This document shows positions 56,734-64,000 of a DNA stretch of 64,000 nucleotides, piece after piece. A program made the translations under genes and the position numbers. Under the pieces are notes generated by a model that saw nothing but the letters and a program-made list of their open reading frames with translations, did not search any database and was not told the DNA's origin. Source of the stretch: Deltaproteobacteria bacterium (lineage in GTDB: Bacteria; Desulfobacterota; Dissulfuribacteria; Dissulfuribacterales; QOAL01). Position 1 is the first letter of the stretch, and each line of letters opens with the position of its first letter. The DNA is taken from positions 7,466-71,465 of the forward strand of contig JAJRZR010000111.1 in NCBI GenBank assembly GCA_024275145.1, in the 5' to 3' direction.

Positions 56734-57819
56734 TCAAACCGTGTTATAGAGTGTATCCCTTTCCACAGGTTCTCTGCCGGCCTGTCGGATTAGATGCTCT
56801 ATCTCGCTCCTGGATATTGCCTGGGCGGTCTCTCCTCCTGCCATATGGGTGATTTTCTCTTCCATCACCGTTCCATCTAGGTCATCTGCTCCAAAGGAAA
56901 GTGCAATTTGTGCTACCTTGGGGCCAAGCATCACCCAGTAGGCCTTTATGTGAGGGAAATTATACAAGATGAGCCTGGCAACCGCGATATTCCTGAGATC
57001 CTCTATGCCACCAGTAGGTGCAAGATCATCAAGGGCCGTATTCTTGGGATGAAATGCCAGTGGTATGAAGCACATGAAGCCACCTGTTTCTTCTTGCGCA
57101 TCCCTCAAGGCTAACAAGTGCTCCACCTTTTCCTCCGGTGATTCTATGTGCCCATAAAGCATGGTGGCATTGGTTTTGATGCCTATTCTGTGCGCGGTCT
57201 TGGCTACCTCTAGCCATTCCCGGCCTGACAACTTTTCCGGGCAGAGTCTTTCCCTTATTCTGTGGCTGAAGACCTCTGCTCCACCTCCAGGTATGGACCC
57301 AAGGCCTGCATCCCTGAGATCCTTCAGGGTATCTGCGACGGTTTTTCCTCCCTTGGCTGCAATGTGGGCTATCTCTACACACGTAAAGGCCTGGATATGT
57401 ATCTCTGGTCGTTCTTTCTTTATGGCCCTCAGCATTTCCACATAATATTCATAGGGAAGATCGGGATGTATGCCGCCGACTATGTGCACCTCCTTGACTG
57501 GTTCGTCCTTTCTTTCCCTTATCTTTTCGACTACTTCGTTGATATCCATCTCATAGGCCTGCGGATGGCCCTTTTCCTTTCCAAATGCACAGAATTTGCA
57601 GAGATTCATGCAGACGTTTGAGTAATTTATGTGTTGATTGTAGACATAATAGGCCTGATTGCCGTTTAGGCGTTCCCTGACCATGTTGGCAAGAAATCCA
57701 ATGAGTGGAATGTCCTTGCTGGTATACAATCTTAGTCCGTCCTCCCGGTTGAGCGGGATATCCTCCTGTACCTTTCGATATATTTCCCAAAGGCCTGCGT
57801 CTTTAATGGCCGTTTCCAT
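56734..57819 (-). CDS. Radical SAM enzyme of the MqnC/MqnE (CofH-like) family, second paralogue
   Basis: HINYSNVCMNLCKFCAF. It is collinear with the neighbouring paralogue over its full length. Confidence 0.8.
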   Translation of the reverse strand: METAIKDAGLWEIYRKVQEDIPLNREDGLRLYTSKDIPLIGFLANMVRERLNGNQAYYVYNQHINYSNVCMNLCKFCAFGKEKGHPQAYEMDINEVVEKIRERKDEPVKEVHIVGGIHPDLPYEYYVEMLRAIKKERPEIHIQAFTCVEIAHIAAKGGKTVADTLKDLRDAGLGSIPGGGAEVFSHRIRERLCPEKLSGREWLEVAKTAHRIGIKTNATMLYGHIESPEEKVEHLLALRDAQEETGGFMCFIPLAFHPKNTALDDLAPTGGIEDLRNIAVARLILYNFPHIKAYWVMLGPKVAQIALSFGADDLDGTVMEEKITHMAGGETAQAISRSEIEHLIRQAGREPVERDTLYNTV

Positions 57820-58005
57820 ACGATCTTTTGTCTCCTCTCGTGGATGAAATTTCAGTCCAGCCTTTTCAGGATGGGTTTGTCCAGGGCCATGGATGGATTC
57901 CCCCGGGGGAAGCCCGGTCTTTTGTCAGTAACCATGGAGACGTACCTAGTCGCCTGGTTGGTCAGTACCGGGTCATGCCGCCAGGCAGGGCCACTTATTG
58001 GGGGC

Positions 58006-58578
58006 TCATTGTGTTACGGAAGCTGGCTTTTCAGGGGCCTTGTATTCAGCCTCATCACCTTCAGGGGCGGGTTGTACGTCCTTGATAAGGATCTCAAATT
58101 TTAATATTTGGCCGGAAAGCGGATGGTTAAAATCAACCATGAGCGCTCCGTCCATTATGGAGCGCACGATGGCCGGTCGTTTGATCCCGAACTCATCTGG
58201 CGCCTTTATCACCTTGCCGACATCGACTTCACCGGAAATCCGCTCTGAGGCCACCAGGACCTGTTTCTTGGGGTCGTAAACCCCGTAGGCATATTCCGGC
58301 GGCACAGTCACTACACGTTGATCCCCGGGCCCTAGCCCGACTATGGCCTCTTCAACCGGTGGTGGAAAATCTCCCTTACCACAGATGATGGCCACTGGCC
58401 CACCAGATTTTTCCGACGAATCAACCACCTTACCCGTGGCTAGCCTGACCTTGTATTCCATGAGTACCACCATGCCAGGAGCTGCCTTCATTTTTCCTGT
58501 GTCGGCATTGCCGGTTTTTTCCATTGGATGTGTAGTGGAGATGTCCTTTGGCATATTCAAATCGGTGTGTTTGTTCAT
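58006..58578 (-). CDS. FKBP-type peptidyl-prolyl isomerase (SlyD/SlpA-like)
   Basis: VVLMEYKVRL..GKVVDSS...VTVPPEYAYG...ALMVDFNHPLSGQILKFEILI. Confidence 0.8.
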   Translation of the reverse strand: MNKHTDLNMPKDISTTHPMEKTGNADTGKMKAAPGMVVLMEYKVRLATGKVVDSSEKSGGPVAIICGKGDFPPPVEEAIVGLGPGDQRVVTVPPEYAYGVYDPKKQVLVASERISGEVDVGKVIKAPDEFGIKRPAIVRSIMDGALMVDFNHPLSGQILKFEILIKDVQPAPEGDEAEYKAPEKPASVTQ

Positions 58579-58631
58579 AGGTCTGTTTTACTGCCATTAA
58601 GACAATTTCTTTTGTGGCTGTTTCCCCATGC

Positions 58632-59048
58632 CTAATTGGACCGTTTCTTGGCCGGTATCGGAATCTTCATAAAAGAGATTCCCTCGTTGCGGAGGATCTT
58701 CTCTTCCTGTTTCGTGGCGATGCCTCGAATGTTTTTTGGCTCGGTTACACCGTAATGCATCTTCAAGGCCTCTTTGGCAAAGTCAGTCCCGACATCCACC
58801 GTATTGTTTTCGATGACCGAGTAAAGTCTTTCCATTACCTTCATGAGGGAAGAGGCGGAATCTAGACCATCACCTGCAGTTTTCCCGGTCCGTACGGCCA
58901 CTGCTGAAAAGGCCTTCTCGATGTGGTTGCTGCCACAAACAGGGCAGGCAAGCAAACCCTCGTTTTTTTGTTTTTCAAAGCTAAAGCTGTCCTTGAACCA
59001 GGCTTCAAAAACATGGTCCTTTTCACATCGCAGATCGAACGCAATCAT
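58632..59048 (-). CDS. DUF1178 family zinc-ribbon protein
   Basis: MIAFDLRCEKDHVFEAWFKDSFSFEKQKNEGLLACPVCGS is the characteristic DUF1178 N-terminus. Confidence 0.75.
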   Translation of the reverse strand: MIAFDLRCEKDHVFEAWFKDSFSFEKQKNEGLLACPVCGSNHIEKAFSAVAVRTGKTAGDGLDSASSLMKVMERLYSVIENNTVDVGTDFAKEALKMHYGVTEPKNIRGIATKQEEKILRNEGISFMKIPIPAKKRSN

Positions 59049-59389
59049 GATGCCTTAGAAATAGCATTTTGTTAATCATGATGCAATCTGCTTCTATTAT
59101 CTAGACGTGAAAACCTTTTTTTGCTAAATAGATAAAGGTGGTCGAGTAATCTTAGCAGGTTTTTTGACAATCGGGAACTTCGTTCAAAGGCAGGGCACAC
59201 TGGAGAAAAGGCCTTGGCACCTTGCTGGATTTTCAAAGGCTGTTCTTGCCTGCAATGAAGCTATTGGACAAAAGGACTATTGTGGATCCTTGTGTCTCCC
59301 CTGTCTTTGCAGGTGCGTAACGTTCCCAAATGAATGCCTGCCAGGTATGGGCACATTTTCGTGGCAACCTGGCCAAGGAGAGGTTGGAG

Positions 59390-60163
59390 ATGGTTACTAG
59401 CTCTTTTGTGTCAATGGTCAGTTCCTTGGTGTGTACTTTTTTTCTATCCCTTGCCTTTGTGGCCGGTTCAGTAGCCAATGCCGGTATCTGGGAAAAGATA
59501 AACAAGGTATCGGGGGCCATCGGTCTTCGTGAGAGTGCCAACGGTACCGTTGCTACACCGAGCAATGACGAGATCTCCGATGGTCTTAGGCAGGCCCTTG
59601 AAGTGGCTGCCTCAAAGGCAGTTGAGCAGGCCTCGTCCAGGAGGGGTTTTTTGAAAAATCTCGATATTCACATACCGCTTCCAGGTTTTCTCAATAGACC
59701 TGTCCAGCTCCTGAGGAAGGTTGGTATGGAGCCCCAGGCGGACTCCATTGAAATAGCAATGAATAAGGCCGCAGAGGAGGCATCTTCCCAGGCCCTTCCG
59801 GTTTTTACAAAGACTATAAGGTCTATGTCATTTGAAGATGTCCAAAAGGTCTGGAAGGGCGGTGATAGCGCTGCGACCGGTTACCTGATGGCGCATACTC
59901 GTGGCGAGCTCTATGAAAGATTCGTCCCGATAGTGCAGCAGGCCATCAACCAGGTGGGGCTTGTATCCATTTATCATTCCTTTGCGAGACAGCCCGGGGT
60001 TGAGGCGGCCATAAACGGGACACGCTTTGATTTGAACGAATATGTCACCAACAAGACATTGGACGGCCTGTTCAAACTACTTGCACAACAGGAGAAAGAG
60101 ATAAGGGAGAACCCTGCGGCCAGGACTACAGAGCTCCTGAAGAGGGTATTTGGAGGACATTGA
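59390..60163 (+). CDS. DUF4197 domain secreted protein
   Basis: AAGGAGAGG RBS and ATG at 59390, then a signal peptide. DUF4197-like ISDGLRQALEVA...NKAAEEA...DSAATGYL...LDGLFKLLAQQEKEIRENPAARTTELLKRVFG. Confidence 0.75.
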   Translation: MVTSSFVSMVSSLVCTFFLSLAFVAGSVANAGIWEKINKVSGAIGLRESANGTVATPSNDEISDGLRQALEVAASKAVEQASSRRGFLKNLDIHIPLPGFLNRPVQLLRKVGMEPQADSIEIAMNKAAEEASSQALPVFTKTIRSMSFEDVQKVWKGGDSAATGYLMAHTRGELYERFVPIVQQAINQVGLVSIYHSFARQPGVEAAINGTRFDLNEYVTNKTLDGLFKLLAQQEKEIRENPAARTTELLKRVFGGH

Positions 60164-60282
60164 CGGCAAGAATCCTTCACGGCTCGAAGTTAGGCCGCGA
60201 TTCAGGATAATTGCCAAGGGATTGCCCTGGTGGGTGTGTGGCCTTTTATACTGTTATAGGTGTACCTGATAGGAGGATTTTG

Positions 60283-61107
60283 ATGGAAAATATGTTGGAC
60301 AGTGCAAGGATATGGCTTGTTGCATACTCAACCAAGGTTCTTGCCGCGATATTGGTATTTATTGTGGGTAAATGGATATCCAGAAAGATTGCAAGCCTCG
60401 TCGGCAGGATCATCACACGGAACAACGTGGATGTCACGTTGATTCCCTTCTTTGAGAGCCTGACATATTATTCCCTGCTGGTCCTCGTTGTAATAGCTGC
60501 TGCCTCTCAATTGGGGATCAACACCACATCGTTTCTGACGATTGTTGGTGCTGCAGGCCTTGCCATAGGCCTTGCACTAAAGGATTCCCTTTCCAATTTT
60601 GCCTCAGGGGTCATGCTCATTTTGTTCAGACCATTCAAAGTAGGGGACGTGGTATCGGCAGGAGGTGTTACCGGCAAGGTGGTGGCCATCAGTATCTTCA
60701 ATACAATACTGTTCACCCCTGACAATCAAAAGATCATCGTTCCTAATAGCAAGATTACAGCAGATGTCATTACAAATGTTACTGCCAATGATACCCGGCG
60801 TATCGACCTCGTTATAGGCATCGGGTATGATGACGATATCGATGCCGCCAGGCAGATACTTAGCCGGCTTATTGCTGAGGACAAACGTATACTTCCAGAG
60901 CCTGAAGCAGTTATCGCCCTTTCAGAACTAGCCGATAGCAGCGTCAACTTCGTAGTGAGACCATGGGTCAAGGGAAGCGATTACTGGGACGTTCGTTTTG
61001 ATCTCACCGAGAAGATAAAAAAGGCCTTCGACGAGGCCAACATAGGCATACCATATCCTCAGCAGGACGTGCACCTGTATGTAGAGAAGTATACGCCGGC
61101 CGCTTAG
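60283..61107 (+). CDS. Small-conductance mechanosensitive channel (MscS family)
   Basis: AGGAGG RBS and ATG at 60283. Three transmembrane helices, then LKDSLSNFASGVMLILFRPFKVGDVV..GG.TGKVV.I.IF.T. Confidence 0.85.
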   Translation: MENMLDSARIWLVAYSTKVLAAILVFIVGKWISRKIASLVGRIITRNNVDVTLIPFFESLTYYSLLVLVVIAAASQLGINTTSFLTIVGAAGLAIGLALKDSLSNFASGVMLILFRPFKVGDVVSAGGVTGKVVAISIFNTILFTPDNQKIIVPNSKITADVITNVTANDTRRIDLVIGIGYDDDIDAARQILSRLIAEDKRILPEPEAVIALSELADSSVNFVVRPWVKGSDYWDVRFDLTEKIKKAFDEANIGIPYPQQDVHLYVEKYTPAA

Positions 61108-61135
61108 GCAGGGATAATGCCTTCCAGTGCCTGGA

Positions 61136-61318
61136 TCAAGATGCAGAAAACTTCTTTTCGAGAAATTCGCATTCCTTTGGGGTTAGATCGAAACGTATCT
61201 CTGTCTCTTTGATGATGTCCTTTCGTCTTTTTTCCGGATGTTCCTTGCACATTGTTGACATCCATTTAACCGCCTTTCTCAACCTGTCACCTTCCGGTAA
61301 CAATTCTTCCGTGCTCAT
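61136..61318 (-). CDS. Hypothetical small protein (60 aa)
   Basis: A charged, helical-looking ORF with no recognisable family. Confidence 0.35.
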   Translation of the reverse strand: MSTEELLPEGDRLRKAVKWMSTMCKEHPEKRRKDIIKETEIRFDLTPKECEFLEKKFSAS

Positions 61319-61528
61319 AAAACCACCTCTGTAGACGTTTCATTGCCATTTAGTCCGGGTTGCCTCCGGCAAGTGTCAGGTCAGACCATGACTTCCGTGG
61401 GCCATGCACCCCTGGAGCATTAAGGATCAAAAGACCGATGGAGGGGACATTTTCACGGTAAAATCATTATAACACAATCCGCAAACAATAGGGGGATCAT
61501 GACAGGACATCTTGACAGGAGGTTTTTA

Positions 61529-61575
61529 ACCCATTATATAGTGTTCAATATTGTATTGATCCCAATATATAGACA
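61529..61575 (+). promoter_or_regulatory. Tandem NrdR boxes upstream of nrdD
   Basis: ACCCATTATATAGTGT (61529-61544) and TCCCAATATATAGACA (61560-61575). Both resemble the 16-bp NrdR palindrome acaCwAtATaTwGtgt. Their starts are 31 bp apart. Confidence 0.6.
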
Positions 61576-61785
61576 TTAAAAGGGCCTTTTAAAAAAATCT
61601 TTCACTGGAAGATCAAATGTTCAGGTCTGTTTTTTGGTCCTTGTGTAGGTACCCCTGAACATGAATATACAGCCCCGATGAGGGCTATATTTTCACGGTA
61701 AAATTGAACAGGGATGAAACCCGTCCTGTATCCGTTTTTTCAATATATCGATATATCGACCCAGCCCTGGATGCAAGGAGGAGAA

Positions 61786-63912
61786 ATGAGGTCAGAAGGT
61801 GGTCTGTCGACCGATCAGAAAACCAAGATATTTTCACACATAAAAAAACGCGACGGCAGGGTGGTGCCATTTGAGGCATCAAAGATCATTCAGGCTATCC
61901 TCAAGGCCGGAAGGGCAACAGGGGAATTTGCTGAGCCGGAGGCGAAACGTCTCACCATCCGGGTATTGACCCTGGCTCAGACGGTTTTTGATGGTTCCAG
62001 CCCAACGGTTGAAGAGATACAGGATTTGGTGGAAGAGGTGCTTCTGGCCTCTCCTTTCAAACAGACCGCCAAGGCCTATATACTCTACCGGGACCAGCAT
62101 GCAAGGATCAGGGAGATGGTCAGGAAGGCCGATGTTGACCTGATTGAAAAATACTTGGAGCGGCTTGACTGGAAGGTCAAGGAAAACAGTAACATGTCGT
62201 ATTCACTACAGGGGCTCAACAATTATATATCGAGTGAGATCAGTAAGATATATTGGCTAAACGAAATATATACCCCTGAGGTCAGAAAGGCCCACTCCTC
62301 AGGTGATATCCACATACACGACCTTGGGCAGTTGTCCGTATACTGTGTAGGTTGGGATCTACAGGACCTTTTGCTGTCCGGTTTCCGGGGAGCACCTGGA
62401 AAGGCGGAAAGCAGCCCGGCTAGGCATTTCAGAAGCGCTCTTGGGCAGATAGTCAACTTTTTTTATACGTTGCAGGGTGAGGCTGCAGGTGCCCAGGCCT
62501 TTTCCAATTTTGACACCCTCCTTGCACCCTTTATACGTTACGATGGCCTTGAGTACAGGGAGATAAAGCAGGCGCTTCAGGAATTTGTCTTCAACGTCAA
62601 TGTACCCACCAGGGTGGGATTTCAGACCCCGTTTACCAATCTCACCATGGATCTGCAGCCGCCGGCTAGCCTGGCAAATCAGAATGTTATAATCGGGGGA
62701 AGGCCCAGGGCCGAAACCTACGGGGAATTCCAGCGGGAAATGACCATGTTGAATAGCGCATTCCTTGAGGTGATGTCCGAGGGAGATGCCAGTGGACGTG
62801 TCTTTACCTTTCCCATACCCACTTACAACATAACCCCGGATTTCGATTGGGAGGCCCCTGGATTGGACAAGCTATGGGAAGTTACTGCCAAATATGGGAT
62901 CCCCTACTTCGCCAATTTCGTCAATTCCGACCTGTCCCCTGATGATGCGAGATCCATGTGTTGCCGACTGCGTCTGGATCTAAGGTTCCTGGAAAAACGC
63001 GGTGGGGGGCTTTTCGGGGCAAACCCTCTTACCGGCTCCATAGGTGTGGTAACCCTCAATATGGCAGCCATTGGTTATCGCGCCAAGGACGAGCGAGAGT
63101 TCTTTGAAGGGGTTGACCGCCTCATGGAGATTGCGCGTACCAGTCTGGAAACCAAAAGAAAGGTGCTTGAACATTTTGCCGACAGGGGACTTTATCCTTA
63201 CATAAGATTTTACTTGCGCAGGGTCAAGGAACGCTTCGGCAGGTATTGGAACAATCATTTCTCAACCATTGGACTCATAGGGGTAAACGAGGCATGTTTA
63301 AATCTGCTTGGATGCGACATTGGAAGCAGTAAGGGAAGGCAGTTTGGGATCAGGATACTGGATCATATGCGGAAGCGCCTTCAGCTCTTCCAACAGGAGA
63401 CAGGAAATCTCTATAACCTGGAAGCCACACCTGGTGAGGGGACCGCGTACAGGCTGGCCAAGATAGATCAAGAACGTTATCCCGCCATGAGGGTAGTAAA
63501 CAAGGAGATTAGCGGAACCGCCTTCTATACCAACTCTACCCAACTGCCTGTAGACTATACCCACGATGTTTTTGAGGTTCTTGACCTGCAAGACCCGCTC
63601 CAATCCCGCTATACTGGTGGAACGGTATTGCACGTATTTCTCGGGGAGGCCGTTCCAGATCCAGGAGCTGTGAAGGAATTCATTAGGACCGTATGTGCAA
63701 ACTATTCCCTGCCATATTTTACCATTACACCCACATTTTCTATCTGTGAAAATCATGGGTATATCCGGGGTGAGCATTCGAACTGCCCCGTGTGTGGTAA
63801 TAAGACCGAGGTATATTCCAGGGTGGTGGGCTATTTGCGGCCGGTACACCAATGGAATGAAGGCAAACAGGCTGAATTTTCCATGCGCTCAACCTATGCA
63901 CTCAGAAAATGA
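61786..63912 (+). CDS. nrdD: Anaerobic ribonucleoside-triphosphate reductase (class III) with an N-terminal ATP-cone
   Basis: AGGAGG RBS and ATG at 61786. ATP-cone (IKKRDGRVVPFEASKI), a C-terminal Zn ribbon (CENHG...CPVCG) and the glycyl-radical motif SRVVGYLRP. Confidence 0.9.
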   Translation: MRSEGGLSTDQKTKIFSHIKKRDGRVVPFEASKIIQAILKAGRATGEFAEPEAKRLTIRVLTLAQTVFDGSSPTVEEIQDLVEEVLLASPFKQTAKAYILYRDQHARIREMVRKADVDLIEKYLERLDWKVKENSNMSYSLQGLNNYISSEISKIYWLNEIYTPEVRKAHSSGDIHIHDLGQLSVYCVGWDLQDLLLSGFRGAPGKAESSPARHFRSALGQIVNFFYTLQGEAAGAQAFSNFDTLLAPFIRYDGLEYREIKQALQEFVFNVNVPTRVGFQTPFTNLTMDLQPPASLANQNVIIGGRPRAETYGEFQREMTMLNSAFLEVMSEGDASGRVFTFPIPTYNITPDFDWEAPGLDKLWEVTAKYGIPYFANFVNSDLSPDDARSMCCRLRLDLRFLEKRGGGLFGANPLTGSIGVVTLNMAAIGYRAKDEREFFEGVDRLMEIARTSLETKRKVLEHFADRGLYPYIRFYLRRVKERFGRYWNNHFSTIGLIGVNEACLNLLGCDIGSSKGRQFGIRILDHMRKRLQLFQQETGNLYNLEATPGEGTAYRLAKIDQERYPAMRVVNKEISGTAFYTNSTQLPVDYTHDVFEVLDLQDPLQSRYTGGTVLHVFLGEAVPDPGAVKEFIRTVCANYSLPYFTITPTFSICENHGYIRGEHSNCPVCGNKTEVYSRVVGYLRPVHQWNEGKQAEFSMRSTYALRK

Positions 63913-63916
63913 TTTG

Positions 63917-64000
63917 GTGATAGGTGGCTTCCAGCCCTTTACCCTCTCGGATTTTCCAGGCCGTCCGGCGGCCATTGTCTTCACCCAGGGCTGTAACTTC
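63917..64000 (+). CDS. nrdG: Anaerobic RNR activating protein NrdG, N-terminal 28 codons (continues past the window end)
   Basis: Hand translation from GTG 63917 gives VIGGFQPFTLSDFPGRPAAIVFTQGCNF. This is typical of an NrdG N-terminus running into the CxxxCxxC motif. Confidence 0.7.
   Translation, partial: MIGGFQPFTLSDFPGRPAAIVFTQGCNF

Noticed and set aside
1-64000. A search by eye for CRISPR arrays, IS elements or transposases, integrases, prophage genes, toxin-antitoxin pairs, and rRNA or tRNA genes.
   Set aside because: I noticed no regularly spaced direct repeats and no transposase-, integrase- or recombinase-like translations. I also saw no tRNA cloverleaf candidates in intergenic regions. 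This is a visual scan only and should be confirmed with tRNAscan-SE, Infernal and ISfinder-type tools.

Overview
This window looks like an ordinary chromosomal region of an anaerobic Gram-negative bacterium, probably Desulfobacterota/Deltaproteobacteria-like. That placement is an inference from gene content only: futalosine menaquinone pathway, class III ribonucleotide reductase, SPASM radical-SAM enzymes and a Wsp-type chemosensory system. By eye I found no rRNA or tRNA genes, CRISPR arrays, transposases or integrases.

Gene content, left to right:
- mfd (3' part), a SurA/PpiC-type PPIase, a RodZ-like HTH protein, recO and a LOG-family protein.
- A complete seven-gene Wsp-type chemosensory operon (MCP, CheW, CheR-TPR, CheW-like, CheA-REC, CheB, REC-GGDEF).
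- A minus-strand ABC-2 exporter pair.
- A roughly 12 kb minus-strand operon headed by a clear cobalamin riboswitch. It encodes a TonB-dependent receptor, a CcsA-like plus ResB-like haem-handling pair, a BtuF/BtuC/BtuD-like importer, a 148-aa unknown protein, a SPASM radical-SAM protein and a CobN-type chelatase.
- An LPS-core cluster (two Kdo/WaaP-type kinases, a GT4 glycosyltransferase, an O-antigen-ligase-like protein).
- pstSCAB, cmk, a MarR regulator and a lipoprotein.
- DUF72, a hybrid histidine kinase and an HDOD protein (minus strand).
- trpEGDCFBA preceded by a candidate Trp-codon leader and attenuator.
- A membrane polyferredoxin, rnhA, and a futalosine-pathway cluster (ubiE/menG, mqnA, an amidohydrolase, two MqnC/MqnE-type radical SAMs).
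- An FKBP PPIase, DUF1178, DUF4197, MscS, then nrdD and the start of nrdG behind tandem NrdR boxes.

The most interesting region is the B12-riboswitch operon. It joins corrinoid-uptake genes to a cytochrome-c-biogenesis-like pair and tetrapyrrole-type enzymes. It also carries both gene interruptions seen in the window: an in-frame TGA followed by a perfect hairpin in the BtuF-like gene, and a -1 frame break at an A7 run in cobN.

All functional calls rest on motif recognition in the supplied translations. No database search was run.
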